Source: a virus (taxonomy: Duplodnaviria; Caudoviricetes). Taken from it: a DNA stretch of 35,884 bases. Below are positions 1 through 9,327 of this stretch, piece after piece. A model generated the notes under the pieces. The model had not been told where the DNA came from. It saw only the letters and a list, made by a program, of their open reading frames with translations, and searched no databases. Made by a program: the position numbers and the translations under genes. Every line of letters starts with the position of its first letter. Positions within the stretch are counted from its first letter, which is position 1. The stretch covers positions 1 to 35,884 of IMG/VR virus record IMGVR_UViG_3300002092_000107; one strand, 5' to 3'.

Positions 1-611
1 GTTGCGTCGGGGAGTTGTATTGTTCCGTCGACGATTTCGAGACACTCGACTGTTCGGGGCTGACCGGGAAGCTTCCAGTTTCTTGTTGTTGGGGGTCGGA
101 GGATTGAGGCGATGTCGGCTGTACGGGTGGGATCGGCGTGCAATCCTTTTGAGGCTGCGAGTTGTTTGAGGAGTTTTGCATTGGGTATCCATTCGTCAGG
201 GGTTAAAGGGCGTGACAGCGGCCAGTAGGCGTGAATGCCGCCACCTGAATAAACGATCGTGGGATGCGGCATGCCCACTTGATCGCAAAAATTTTCAATT
301 GCATCACATGCGGCATCTTCATCAGGATAAGCGCAGGGCTGACCATGGCCGTCAGTGCCGTAATCTATATCCATCCAAAAGCTTGACGCAAACCTCACGT
401 TTTCTGCCTTGCGGTTGACGGGTTCTTTATACATCGAACACGCAAAATAGGCGTCGTACCCCAAAGCGTCCAAGCCAGTTAAGGTTGCGGCGAGATCTTC
501 CGTCGACGAAGAAAAACCCTGTTGGGGGCGCTCGCCTTTTTTAAGCGCCACCCAACATTTGTATCCATCACCTTGAAGAACGTGGTTTAGAAACTCGGCC
601 AGAGACGGCAT
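1..611 (-). CDS. RepB-like (AEP-type) DNA primase, N-terminal part; runs off the window
   Basis: Not in the ORF track because it has no stop in the window. Manual translation from ATG 611: MPSLAEFLNHVLQGDG...FWMDIDYG...PTIVYSGGGIHAYWPL...ADIASILRPPTTRNWK, showing the DxD, SGxGxHxYW and LRxPxTxNxK primase motifs. Confidence 0.85.
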   Translation of the reverse strand, partial: MPSLAEFLNHVLQGDGYKCWVALKKGERPQQGFSSSTEDLAATLTGLDALGYDAYFACSMYKEPVNRKAENVRFASSFWMDIDYGTDGHGQPCAYPDEDAACDAIENFCDQVGMPHPTIVYSGGGIHAYWPLSRPLTPDEWIPNAKLLKQLAASKGLHADPTRTADIASILRPPTTRNWKLPGQPRTVECLEIVDGTIQLPDA

Positions 612-867
612 GAATGACCCACTGAAGATGATTTTTACGTTGATACTGTGTAACGGACATCGGCACCGGGAAATGTTTTCCCGAAGCTATTGCCTTCTCT
701 AGCAGGTCGAGCTTAGCGAGGATCTGTGAATGGCGGCATGCATGGGGAACTACCCCATGCAACCACGTTTCCATCGTGCGGCGCTGGATGCCAAACCAGT
801 GCCCCATATCAGCAATCGAAAGCTCGGCCTTGTCTTTGGCAGAGATTAAGCGGTCGTTGATATTCAT
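568..867 (-). CDS. HTH DNA-binding protein (Cro/XRE-like)
   Basis: LSIADMGHWFGIQRRTMETWLHG HTH pattern; abuts the upstream gene. Confidence 0.65.
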   Translation of the reverse strand: MNINDRLISAKDKAELSIADMGHWFGIQRRTMETWLHGVVPHACRHSQILAKLDLLEKAIASGKHFPVPMSVTQYQRKNHLQWVIHAVSGRVSKPRSSR

Positions 868-2178
868 TTATCCCCCCATCGCTTTACCCAACAGATTGTC
901 GAGCGCGGCGTCTGTTGGCGCTGGTGCGATCGGCACCGCAGCGGCTGCTGGTACAGCGCCGGGTGCGTCAGGTTGACGTTGCAAGAACGCCGGCATAGGC
1001 GGCATCTGCACTGGCGGTGCGACGAGTTGAGGTTGCTGCTGTACAACGCCGGCAGGTTGCGCCATTACCATCTGTGGCATGACGGGATGTGGCATGACGG
1101 GATGTGGCGCTGCTTTGGCTGGTAAGCCCGGAGGTGCAGCGAACACCGGCGGCTGCTGCGGCACCGCCATGGGCGCTTGCAACGGCTGCACTTGCGTGGC
1201 TGCGGCAGCTTCAGCAGCTACCTGCGTCTTGGTGCGCCGTTTCTTAGGCGCTGGCGCAGCAACACCGGCAGCAGCAGCAGCAGGTGCCATCGGATTAAAC
1301 GCTGCGGGCTGTGCGGCCACTGGCGCGACAGGTTGTGGTTGCACAAACTGCGGAGCCTGTGGCATCGCAACGGGGGGCATCATAGGCTGCGCCGGCATGG
1401 GCACAGGCTGATGAACCTGCGGCACCGCCACGGGTTGCTGCTGCGGAATTTGCGCGGTTGCCGGGCGAGGAACGTCAGTCACGTTGGTGACTTCGGAAAC
1501 ATCTTCAGTGCCCTTGAGATCGTCGACGGCGGCGATCTGCTGCTCGTTGACATAGCTCACTGCTGTGAAGACAATCTTCGGATGCGGTACGTTCGGATCA
1601 AACTCCAAACGCATGACCGCAAATTCGAGGCCCATCTTCTGCTGCGACAACCCCTTGGCGATCGTAGCCAAGTTTTTGAGACTGTCTGCCGGTACGCGCA
1701 ACTGATACACAGCGCCTGTAGGATTGTCGGCGAGAACGACGGCGAGCTTTTTGCTGTCGCTGCATGCCTTCACTTGGCTACCTAGTTCGCTGACGCGCGA
1801 ACCCCATGCATTGTTTGGGCACGCTGCGCACGTTCCACATTGCGGGGCAACTGCGCGACTTGAAGGGCCGACGCCGTTGTCAGACCAGCAATCGGGTGCC
1901 TTCTGGTCTTGGCCGGGCACCCACTTTGATGCGTAGAAAGTTTTCGACACATGCGGGTTGACGCCCACGATGATAACGTCGAGGTGAAATGTTGGCACCT
2001 GAAACTCTTGGCCTTGCGGATCCTGAAGTTTCCAACGCCGGCCCTCAATCGAGATTTTGTGGACGGCACCTGAAGACAAGCCACCGAGCGCGTCAGCAGT
2101 CAAGCTGCTGTCGAGACTACGGTTCATCAGATGGGCAGGAAGTTGTGGCGCTTGTTGTTGAACGACTGGCATATTCAT
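868..2178 (-). CDS. Putative ssDNA-binding/replication protein with Cys cluster and long Pro/Gln/Ala tail
   Basis: N-domain PDCWSDNG..QCGTCAACPNNAWGS..KACSDSKKLAV resembles proteins found beside phage PolA/SNF2 genes; ~200-aa low-complexity C-terminus. SSB function is inferred. Confidence 0.6.
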   Translation of the reverse strand: MNMPVVQQQAPQLPAHLMNRSLDSSLTADALGGLSSGAVHKISIEGRRWKLQDPQGQEFQVPTFHLDVIIVGVNPHVSKTFYASKWVPGQDQKAPDCWSDNGVGPSSRAVAPQCGTCAACPNNAWGSRVSELGSQVKACSDSKKLAVVLADNPTGAVYQLRVPADSLKNLATIAKGLSQQKMGLEFAVMRLEFDPNVPHPKIVFTAVSYVNEQQIAAVDDLKGTEDVSEVTNVTDVPRPATAQIPQQQPVAVPQVHQPVPMPAQPMMPPVAMPQAPQFVQPQPVAPVAAQPAAFNPMAPAAAAAGVAAPAPKKRRTKTQVAAEAAAATQVQPLQAPMAVPQQPPVFAAPPGLPAKAAPHPVMPHPVMPQMVMAQPAGVVQQQPQLVAPPVQMPPMPAFLQRQPDAPGAVPAAAAVPIAPAPTDAALDNLLGKAMGG

Positions 2179-2180
2179 GT

Positions 2181-2663
2181 TTATGATCCCCTTACGTTGA
2201 CGTTGATGATTTCGCTGAAGGTGACACCGGGAACGGTTTCACCTGTTTCTTCTTGGTGTTTAATGATCCCCTTTTTCCCGGGTCGGAAATCTGCCAGATC
2301 CCACAACGGGAACTGCCCTAGCACCTCTAACAGACCATTTGTACCACCGCCGATGCCTTGAAACAACTGACCTGCTTGCACCAGCCCTAGTATCTGATCG
2401 GCAGCAGGGCGCAACACGTAGTTGCGGAAGCTAACCGGATCCTCCAACTTGACCGATCGGAGGCGTGACTGGTAGGCAGTGCCATGCGTTGTTTTGTAGC
2501 TGCCAACACCGTCTTGGTTCATCTTTGCAAGAAGCCAAGTCTCGATGTTGTTGAGGCTTTCATTGAGGGGTTTCATCTCCTCAGCATGTCGCGCCGACAT
2601 GACGGCTTGGTCAGCCTTCAATTGCCGGTAACGCTCGATTACTTGTTCGACAGTATAGGTCAT
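2181..2663 (-). CDS. Conserved phage replication-module protein (coiled coil plus KTxxGTAY motif)
   Basis: Start reassigned to ATG 2663 (TAATG overlap with the upstream stop, preceded by AGGAG); MTYTVEQVIERYRQLK...SYKTTHGTAY. Confidence 0.7.
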   Translation of the reverse strand: MTYTVEQVIERYRQLKADQAVMSARHAEEMKPLNESLNNIETWLLAKMNQDGVGSYKTTHGTAYQSRLRSVKLEDPVSFRNYVLRPAADQILGLVQAGQLFQGIGGGTNGLLEVLGQFPLWDLADFRPGKKGIIKHQEETGETVPGVTFSEIINVNVRGS

Positions 2664-2956
2664 TAGTTTCTCCTGTTTGAGCCGGGATGGGTTACGCGCG
2701 ACATGTCCTTGTACGCATTCATGGTCGTGATGATCCCCTGCTTCACCATCTCGCCCACTTGTTCGCCCTTGTCGATGTTCCCGCCGCACGCAAGGAACGT
2801 CTGCACCACAACGGCGATCGCCAACGACACGCTGTGCGTCACGTCGCAGTTGCGACGATCGAGTGACATGCCACACTCTTGAAAGTGCTTAGCAACCGAC
2901 GTGACATAGGCATTGAGTTTCTCGTCTGGCTGATGCAGTTCGGTTTTAAAATCCAT
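2663..2956 (-). CDS. Hypothetical protein
   Basis: TAATG coupling at both ends within the operon. Confidence 0.65.
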   Translation of the reverse strand: MDFKTELHQPDEKLNAYVTSVAKHFQECGMSLDRRNCDVTHSVSLAIAVVVQTFLACGGNIDKGEQVGEMVKQGIITTMNAYKDMSRVTHPGSNRRN

Positions 2957-4536
2957 TATTCGTCTCCCCTGATGATGTCGAGCATGAGTCCTTGGAGACT
3001 ATGCTTTCCGTCCAGCCGTCGGTAAATTTCTCGCTCGATGTTGGTAGATGCGAGCCGCACAACCAGCATTGATTTCGTTTGGCCGGGTCGATTGATACGA
3101 CCGTTGGCCTGTGTGTAGATTTCGGGCTGGTCTGTTGGGCCGTACCAGATAATTGTCGAAGCCGCTGTAAGAGTGAGGCCGTGAGCCATTGTCCGGGGGT
3201 CGGCGACGATGATCCTCGGATGTTCACTATGTTGGAAGTCTTTGAAGACTTCGGCTCGTTTTCCTGCTGAGACTGTTCCATTGATAAGCTCCACGCTGTA
3301 GTGTTTTGACAATTCCGATCTTACCATACTTACCACACTTGTCAAGGGGGCAAAAATAATTATTTTTTCGCGACATTGTTCAATCGCCTCGTGCAGCACC
3401 TGCATGCGCGGCGCTGCGTCGATCTTGTGGATTTCATGCTGTTCACCATACACTGCGCCACAGGAAATTTGGATCAGCTTCATACGCAGGGCTGCCTCGT
3501 TGACCGCAGTGACCGTACCTTTGTCAATCATGATACGTAGCTCACGTTTTAAGTCGGCATATGCCTTCTTTTGACCCGCTGACAACTCAACATTCAGATC
3601 CTGTACAACGAGCGGCGGGAGATCCGTACACTGGTCACGCTCATAGCGAATGGCCGGCTGTAAAACTTCTGCCGTTGTCTTGGCCGCGCCCTTGCGCACC
3701 AACCATTTGAATGTGGAGATGCGGTACATCGTCCGGTCTTTAAAATTCTTTTGGCTCTCGGCATAATCCTTGCGCACGGCGCGTGCTTGTGACCATGCGT
3801 CAGTTGGCTCGTTTGGTGTGGGCGTGCCGGTTAGCCACCAGACGTAAGGCTTGTCAAGTATAACTTGTCGAAGAACCTTATAGCGTAAAGTTCCACTGTC
3901 TTTGTACACCGAACCCTCGTCCACGATGAAGGCATTGAAATTGGGATTGTCTCTAATGGTCTGAGCAAATTCACCCACGGCAATTGATTTGCCGGTACGG
4001 TCAGTGCCAATCGATAATCCATCGTGGTTAATAATGTAGAAGTCTGCGTCTTCACTAAGAAGCCGTTTTCTCTTGGCTCGATCGCCATAAACAACAACGC
4101 CTTTACGACGCGACAAAAAGTTAGCAAAGATTTCATTGAACCACACCGTTTCTAGGGTTGATAGGGGAGAGAGGATCACGCATTTTTTGACGAAGCCTTT
4201 TTGCATAAGGTAGTCGACAGCCCACAGCATCGACAAAGTTTTCATCGTGCCGATGTCGTTCAATATAAAGCTGCGGGGATGTAGCGTTGCAAAAGCCGCT
4301 GTGTGGATTTGATGCTGCGCCGGCTTCCACGGTGGACGGATTGGCCAGTCGTAATTGTGCAGGATAGGCGATACGGCCTCAAAGCCGAGATAGCGCATGG
4401 TTTGCATGCTGTGGAGATCGCAAGGCACCGCCACCTGATTAGGCGTGACGATACGCGCAGTAGGCACAGCAGCGATGATGCGCTGTGGTACTTCAGTCTC
4501 GTACACACAGGCGTTGTATTTATGGCTGTATAACAT
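2956..4536 (-). CDS. SNF2-family (SF2) helicase
   Basis: NDIGTMKT (motif I), IVDEGS (II), LTGTP (III), HGLTLTAA (V), QANGRINRPGQ (VI). Confidence 0.92.
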   Translation of the reverse strand: MLYSHKYNACVYETEVPQRIIAAVPTARIVTPNQVAVPCDLHSMQTMRYLGFEAVSPILHNYDWPIRPPWKPAQHQIHTAAFATLHPRSFILNDIGTMKTLSMLWAVDYLMQKGFVKKCVILSPLSTLETVWFNEIFANFLSRRKGVVVYGDRAKRKRLLSEDADFYIINHDGLSIGTDRTGKSIAVGEFAQTIRDNPNFNAFIVDEGSVYKDSGTLRYKVLRQVILDKPYVWWLTGTPTPNEPTDAWSQARAVRKDYAESQKNFKDRTMYRISTFKWLVRKGAAKTTAEVLQPAIRYERDQCTDLPPLVVQDLNVELSAGQKKAYADLKRELRIMIDKGTVTAVNEAALRMKLIQISCGAVYGEQHEIHKIDAAPRMQVLHEAIEQCREKIIIFAPLTSVVSMVRSELSKHYSVELINGTVSAGKRAEVFKDFQHSEHPRIIVADPRTMAHGLTLTAASTIIWYGPTDQPEIYTQANGRINRPGQTKSMLVVRLASTNIEREIYRRLDGKHSLQGLMLDIIRGDE

Positions 4537-4831
4537 TTTTATCTTTGAAGGGTTCGAACGCGACGGTCACATTCTCCAGACAATCAGCCACAATCACCAA
4601 CCCGCCGGCAAGGGTGATGGCTCGCATCACCAGATCCTGCCACGGCTTCGGCTTACCGCCGGGTCGTTTTACCTCTATGGCAAAAAAAAGACCCCTATAA
4701 ACCCCGACAAGATCCGGCACGCCGCGCATGCCGTAACCATTCATCATTGGAGAAAAAAACCAGAGAGCCGGTGCTAAGCCCTTTAGATATTCTTTGATTT
4801 TGAACTTAACTAGGCTCTCTGGTGTCGACAT
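4520..4831 (-). CDS. VRR-NUC domain nuclease
   Basis: PESLVK..GVPDL..FAIEVKRPGGKPKPWQ PD-(D/E)xK pattern next to the SNF2 helicase. Confidence 0.88.
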   Translation of the reverse strand: MSTPESLVKFKIKEYLKGLAPALWFFSPMMNGYGMRGVPDLVGVYRGLFFAIEVKRPGGKPKPWQDLVMRAITLAGGLVIVADCLENVTVAFEPFKDKNVIQP

Positions 4832-4832
4832 G

Positions 4833-5216
4833 TTACGCCTCGGTATTGGTAAGATTTAAATTAACGCCTTCACTTACTTCCCTTGCTTCTTCGTTGGCAT
4901 TCCCGGCTTCCGCTGCCCCGCTGCGAAGCTCTGCTTCGGCGCTTGCTTGGCTGTTGGCTTCGGGGCTGACTTGCTGGTTTTCTTCATTGTTCACTCCATT
5001 GTACTTAGCCGCCATAGATTGAATGCTGGTCATGGCAGCGGCCACCAGATCGGGATGAAGCGCACCATCTTCACCCAATGTGAAAAGCTCTTTGATCGTC
5101 GTTTCAGTGATGCCGCAATCGTGGTGGACGGCAACGCCATCGGTGAGTACCAGCACTTTAAACTGGATCACGTTGGCAGGGTTTTGTGGAAATGGTGGGA
5201 TGATAGGCTGTGTCAT
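4833..5216 (-). CDS. Hypothetical protein, acidic C-terminus
   Basis: ATGA overlap with upstream gene and GGAG RBS. Confidence 0.65.
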   Translation of the reverse strand: MTQPIIPPFPQNPANVIQFKVLVLTDGVAVHHDCGITETTIKELFTLGEDGALHPDLVAAAMTSIQSMAAKYNGVNNEENQQVSPEANSQASAEAELRSGAAEAGNANEEAREVSEGVNLNLTNTEA

Positions 5217-5902
5217 TTTTTACTCCTGTTGTTTTCGCAATCTTTTACGGGGCAGAACCCGCACAAGGGTGATTGCCGTTTTGCCCATGTGTCCGAAGCA
5301 GCCGCCGTCTCCATGGCGACCAGCTTCAGATAAATCTCTGACCATATGCGCGAGATATCCGCGCGATCATAGTTATACGGCTCACCGATCTTGCCGGTCG
5401 GTAGCCAGATATTGCACGCCGTAATTTTGTCGACTTTGGGGAAGGTTAAGAAGCCGAAGAAGGCAAAGATTTTTACCTGAAAATCTTTCTCGCGCGTCTT
5501 GCCGGTTTTCCAGTCGCCGATAAACATCGCCTTCGGCCACAGCACAGACACGTCGAGTGCGCCCCGCGCGTACACGTCGTTATCAAAGAACCCGCAGGGT
5601 TGCAGATTGCGATTGACGCCGACTTTCATTTCGGTGCGGATATCACCGCCGGTGTTGTGGGCCATGTTGACGATCGACTGCGCCAGAGGATCCCACTTTG
5701 CGTATGCCGGCGGCAAAACTATGTTGGCAGCAACCCGCTTCTCCATTGCGTCATGCACGCGGCGGCCTTCCGCCATCTCCTCAGTGGTGGCCTCTTTATT
5801 TTTGAGGATGAACTTCCAGTGATATTGATGTGGGCAGTTATCGAAGGTGTCGATATGTGTGTATGACCACGGGGGCAGCGTTACTGGCATTCTAAGCTCC
5901 AT
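5213..5902 (-). CDS. Cas4-like PD-(D/E)xK exonuclease
   Basis: WSYTHIDTFDNCP, GRRVH, LDV..IGDWKTGK and C-terminal CxxCx4C (Fe-S staple pattern). Start may be 5890. Confidence 0.85.
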   Translation of the reverse strand: MELRMPVTLPPWSYTHIDTFDNCPHQYHWKFILKNKEATTEEMAEGRRVHDAMEKRVAANIVLPPAYAKWDPLAQSIVNMAHNTGGDIRTEMKVGVNRNLQPCGFFDNDVYARGALDVSVLWPKAMFIGDWKTGKTREKDFQVKIFAFFGFLTFPKVDKITACNIWLPTGKIGEPYNYDRADISRIWSEIYLKLVAMETAAASDTWAKRQSPLCGFCPVKDCENNRSKK

Positions 5903-6081
5903 GCTGCAAACATGCAGCGCATTTGGTTTTTAGCGGCCGTCGTCATGCCGTTGAGGTTGCGTTCCATTCGGAACACCTGACCATAGAGGTCAGCGGCTTT
6001 TCGATAGTCACCCTTCATTTCCGCTTCGACAGCGGCAACTTTTAATTCTGTCTTCATCGCTTCGGTCTGTGATTGTGCCAT
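5881..6081 (-). CDS. Hypothetical protein
   Basis: GAAGGTG RBS; fills the operon gap. Confidence 0.55.
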   Translation of the reverse strand: MAQSQTEAMKTELKVAAVEAEMKGDYRKAADLYGQVFRMERNLNGMTTAAKNQMRCMFAAWSLECQ

Positions 6082-6170
6082 GCGTCACCTTCATTCTTGT
6101 TTTTAAAACTATCCCACAACGGTACGGCGAGGATTAGCGCGATTGCCCCGCCATAAATCCTGCTATCCAT
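6054..6170 (-). CDS. Small membrane peptide (38 aa)
   Basis: MDSRIYGGAIALILAVPLWDSFK...; ATG overlaps the DUF3310 gene end, GGAGG upstream. Confidence 0.4.
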   Translation of the reverse strand: MDSRIYGGAIALILAVPLWDSFKNKNEGDAWHNHRPKR

Positions 6171-6573
6171 TATCGGCCTCCAACCTTTTGATCTCGTCTT
6201 CGATGTGCCATATCGCCTTGCGCAGATCCTGTATCTCAAAATCCTTATCCTTCCGGCCCGCACGCCAAAGATATTTGATGGCATTACCGATGTTGAAGCC
6301 CATGTGTCGGGTGATCGTGATGCACTCAACGCCGGACGGATGGTTGTTATAATGCTTCGGGTGATTGACTGGATCATCAGCATAGTGTTTTTTTATGCCA
6401 GAATTAAGCGCGGCCCCAGCAAGTTCATCCATGATCTCTTTCTCGCGTTTCCGCGTGAACTCATGAGCTTTACATTCTGCGCAACCAAGCCCAATACAAA
6501 ATGTTTGCTGGTGCCTAGAACAATGTGCAAGATCGTCTGTGACCATTTGAAAATTATTTTGTGTATCGGACAT
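6163..6573 (-). CDS. DUF3310 / T7 gp1.7-like nucleotide kinase family protein
   Basis: DPVNHPKHY..VECI..GNAIKYLWRAGRK..QDLRKAIWHI. Confidence 0.85.
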   Translation of the reverse strand: MSDTQNNFQMVTDDLAHCSRHQQTFCIGLGCAECKAHEFTRKREKEIMDELAGAALNSGIKKHYADDPVNHPKHYNNHPSGVECITITRHMGFNIGNAIKYLWRAGRKDKDFEIQDLRKAIWHIEDEIKRLEADNG

Positions 6574-8392
6574 CGTAACCTACCTCAGCTTCAAGTGGGA
6601 TCCCGGGGCACCATGCCGGCGGGGTTGTCAAAAGTTTGTGCAAATAAGCCTTGGCCGCTTCAGCCTGATCGACAGGCACAAGGAAGACGCCTTCGTCGTG
6701 TGTACACATAATGGCCTTATAGGTCTTCGCCATCTCGACCATTGCTTCTGTCAGGATGAGGCGGCTTAAAAACTCAATAATGTTTTGAATGAATTTCGAT
6801 TTGTAAATGCGGCTCTCACCCTGACGGCGCAGAACGGCGAAGTCGGGCTTGCCAGCTTTGCCCTGTCCTTTGTAAATCAGGTTGCTGTAGTCGAGCCACG
6901 CGCCGGTCGGCCCAAACACGCGCTTGTCACGCACGATCATCGGCCCCCATTCCACCTGCGTGCCATTGAACAGCGCCGCAAGGATATGCTCGCCGCGTTC
7001 CCATAGCCCGCCCTTGCCACAGATCTTCGGATGCGTGCGCCGGTAGTGGTCACGCCATGCGGTACCTTCTTCGTCGGTAATATAAACAGGTGGGCCGTAA
7101 GTGCCGCGCCGCGCGGTAAGCGCAATCTTTGGCCCACCGGATCCGAAGCCGCACGACAACTCCACCTGCTTGCCCATGCCGCGCTCGGCTTTATCGGCTT
7201 TGGTGATTTGGCGCTGATAGAACGTGGTCGCCAATTCGCTATAAAGATCACGCCCTTCACGGAAAGCTTGCAACACCCACTCCTCGCCAGCGAGCCAGTT
7301 CAACATGCGGCATTCGATCTGCGACAAGTCACCGACCAGCAGCACGTAGCCGGGTGGGGCCATTAGGCACTCGCGTATTTCGCCAGATCTTGGAAAGTTT
7401 TGAAAGTTAACTTTGTCTTCTCCGCTGAAACGCCCTGATGCGCCTGCGCCATAGTAGCGAAGGGGCACTGTGAGACTGCCCCGTTCACACATGCGGAGGA
7501 GCCGCTCGCAGCGGGTTTCGTTGAGGGTTGACTTTTGCCCGAGGCGGGCATTGCAGAGGGCTGATACTCGGTCGTCTTCATCATCGCATAACTCCTTCAT
7601 TTCCTCATCGGTTTTAGCGAAAGCGTATATTCTTTTGCCTTCGCCTTTAGGGCTTGGTTTAGTTGGGGGTTCGACGCCGAGATTTGTAAGGATATCAGCA
7701 AACTTCGCAGAGCTTTGTAAGTCTGATTTTGTAACCCCAAGTTGCGTGAGGATAGTGTTTTTTTCTTCACGTACTTTAGCAAGGTAAGCCTCCATGCGTG
7801 GGTAATCGAGCCGCAGCACTGGCTGCGTGAACATCCGAATGGTCGTGTCGATAACACGCAACTCCGATCGCGGTACTAGTGGGAGGAGGTGGCGGAAGAT
7901 GATGTACGTGAGTTCCACGTCATGTGCGCAGCCCGCGCTAAGTTGAGCATACACGTCTTGCGGTAAGTCTCTGACCCCTCGAAAAAGGTTGTATGGAACG
8001 GTTTTAGATGGGAGGCCGAACTTAGCAGCCAACGCTTCTAGTGAATGTGATTTGTCATGGGGAAAAATTAACCTCGCCATTGATAGGGTGTCAAAGAAGA
8101 AGGCTGGCTGCACACCGTAGTGGTGTGACAGGATCAGCCCGTCGAATGATGCCTTATGCATCACGACAGCGTAGTCGTTAGTGAGTGAAGCGACCTGCGC
8201 AAAGGTCGGCCCATCCATAACCTCAGTTTGAATAACGGGGTTCTCACCCACGCCCGGAATGTTGTCCATGGTCTTGATGCCAACGCAATGCGTTTTGAAA
8301 CGCGGATCGCGCACATAGGCTTCAGTCGTCATCTTTTTCAGTGTGTAATCAGCACTGAAAAACGTCTCGAAGTCTAAAACCGCGAACTTCAT
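6554..8392 (-). CDS. polA: DNA polymerase family A with 3'-5' exonuclease
   Basis: LDFET (ExoI), GDLSQIECR (motif A), RGMGKQVELSCGFG (motif B), THDE (motif C). Start reassigned to ATG 8392 with GGGGA RBS. Confidence 0.93.
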   Translation of the reverse strand: MKFAVLDFETFFSADYTLKKMTTEAYVRDPRFKTHCVGIKTMDNIPGVGENPVIQTEVMDGPTFAQVASLTNDYAVVMHKASFDGLILSHHYGVQPAFFFDTLSMARLIFPHDKSHSLEALAAKFGLPSKTVPYNLFRGVRDLPQDVYAQLSAGCAHDVELTYIIFRHLLPLVPRSELRVIDTTIRMFTQPVLRLDYPRMEAYLAKVREEKNTILTQLGVTKSDLQSSAKFADILTNLGVEPPTKPSPKGEGKRIYAFAKTDEEMKELCDDEDDRVSALCNARLGQKSTLNETRCERLLRMCERGSLTVPLRYYGAGASGRFSGEDKVNFQNFPRSGEIRECLMAPPGYVLLVGDLSQIECRMLNWLAGEEWVLQAFREGRDLYSELATTFYQRQITKADKAERGMGKQVELSCGFGSGGPKIALTARRGTYGPPVYITDEEGTAWRDHYRRTHPKICGKGGLWERGEHILAALFNGTQVEWGPMIVRDKRVFGPTGAWLDYSNLIYKGQGKAGKPDFAVLRRQGESRIYKSKFIQNIIEFLSRLILTEAMVEMAKTYKAIMCTHDEGVFLVPVDQAEAAKAYLHKLLTTPPAWCPGIPLEAEVGYDVRYTK

Positions 8393-8491
8393 GACCAAGT
8401 TTCCCCATTGACGATCAACGATACTGTGTGCGTAAGTATGTGCTGCAAATCTTTGCAAAGTTGTTGTCGCTTAGCCTCGCGTCGCTTTGGG

Positions 8492-8698
8492 CTATTTCTT
8501 GGCATTGGCCCTAGCCTTTTTAAGTTTCAGCGCGGCCTTGCGGTACCGCTCGCACGCTACGGCCAGCGCATCGTCTAGTTCTTTGACGCGGGCTTCAGCG
8601 ATGCACGCGCGGCGTTCGAGATTGTCATAAGCGACAATTCCTTGAAACATCGGGTGGTTAACAAAAATTGTTGCTCGTTCTGCTTTTATCTGTGACAT
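8492..8698 (-). CDS. Hypothetical coiled-coil protein
   Basis: AGGAG RBS, 68 aa. Confidence 0.6.
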   Translation of the reverse strand: MSQIKAERATIFVNHPMFQGIVAYDNLERRACIAEARVKELDDALAVACERYRKAALKLKKARANAKK

Positions 8699-8806
8699 TA
8701 TTTAACTCTCCTGATTGCACCCGTTGTTGCACACAAGCGACCGGCGCTCTTGTCCAGCTTGTAGGGGAAAAGCTTGCTAAGTAACCACGATGGCGGGCTG
8801 AATGAT

Positions 8807-9031
8807 TTAAGCAACTGGCACCCTCCCCGCCTTCTGGTCATAGAGGTGACGTTCGACACCGTAACAAGCCCAGAGCATCTCTTTGCTGGCCTGTCCGGTT
8901 TTTTCAATGCGCCATAATTTTGACGTTGACGCGCCGAGGAGTTCAGCAGCTTTTTCCTGCGTAAGTTCACATCGTTTGCGCCAAGCAGCTATATCATAGG
9001 GCACCGTTGAGCTTTGTATCTGTTTAGGCAT
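8807..9031 (-). CDS. XRE-family HTH regulator
   Basis: IAAWRKRCELTQEKAAELLGASTSKLWRIEKTG; ATG 9031 follows AAGGTG. Confidence 0.85.
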   Translation of the reverse strand: MPKQIQSSTVPYDIAAWRKRCELTQEKAAELLGASTSKLWRIEKTGQASKEMLWACYGVERHLYDQKAGRVPVA

Positions 9032-9057
9032 TGTTGCACCTTGCAAAGTTAAAGTTA

Positions 9058-9087
9058 AAGTTACCGTTCTTGACATACTTAGTCAAG
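9058..9087 (-). promoter_or_regulatory. Sigma70-like promoter with palindromic operator over the -35
   Basis: TTGACT-17-TAACTT; palindrome CTTGAC-N7-GTCAAG at 9069-9087. Confidence 0.6.
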
Positions 9088-9096
9088 CGTAAAAAA

Positions 9097-9327
9097 TCAG
9101 TCCTGATCCTGCCACCAATACCTAGCGCGTTGCGCCGGTTCTGGTACTTCGGGTTGTGGCATGGTGTAGTGCGGCGGCTCATGGGAAGGCTTGCGGGCAT
9201 TCACCCGCAAGCATGCCTCACACGCCATTATGACAGCTTCGCTATAGGGCTTGCCTTCATGCTTAGCGCGTACCTCATCAGCGAGCGTCTCTAAAACCGC
9301 CTTGCGGTCGTCGTCAGTAAAAGCCAT
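9097..9327 (-). CDS. Hypothetical early protein
   Basis: GGAGG RBS before ATG 9327 (MAFTDDDRKAV). Confidence 0.6.
   Translation of the reverse strand: MAFTDDDRKAVLETLADEVRAKHEGKPYSEAVIMACEACLRVNARKPSHEPPHYTMPQPEVPEPAQRARYWWQDQD

Noticed and set aside
5213-5902. Cas4-like gene as evidence of CRISPR-Cas
   Set aside because: No repeat-spacer array or other cas genes; solo Cas4-like nucleases are routine in phage replication modules.
8700-8806. Pistol-like ribozyme suggested by CGUGGUUA on the minus strand
   Set aside because: The complementary P1 strand and pseudoknot partner are absent.
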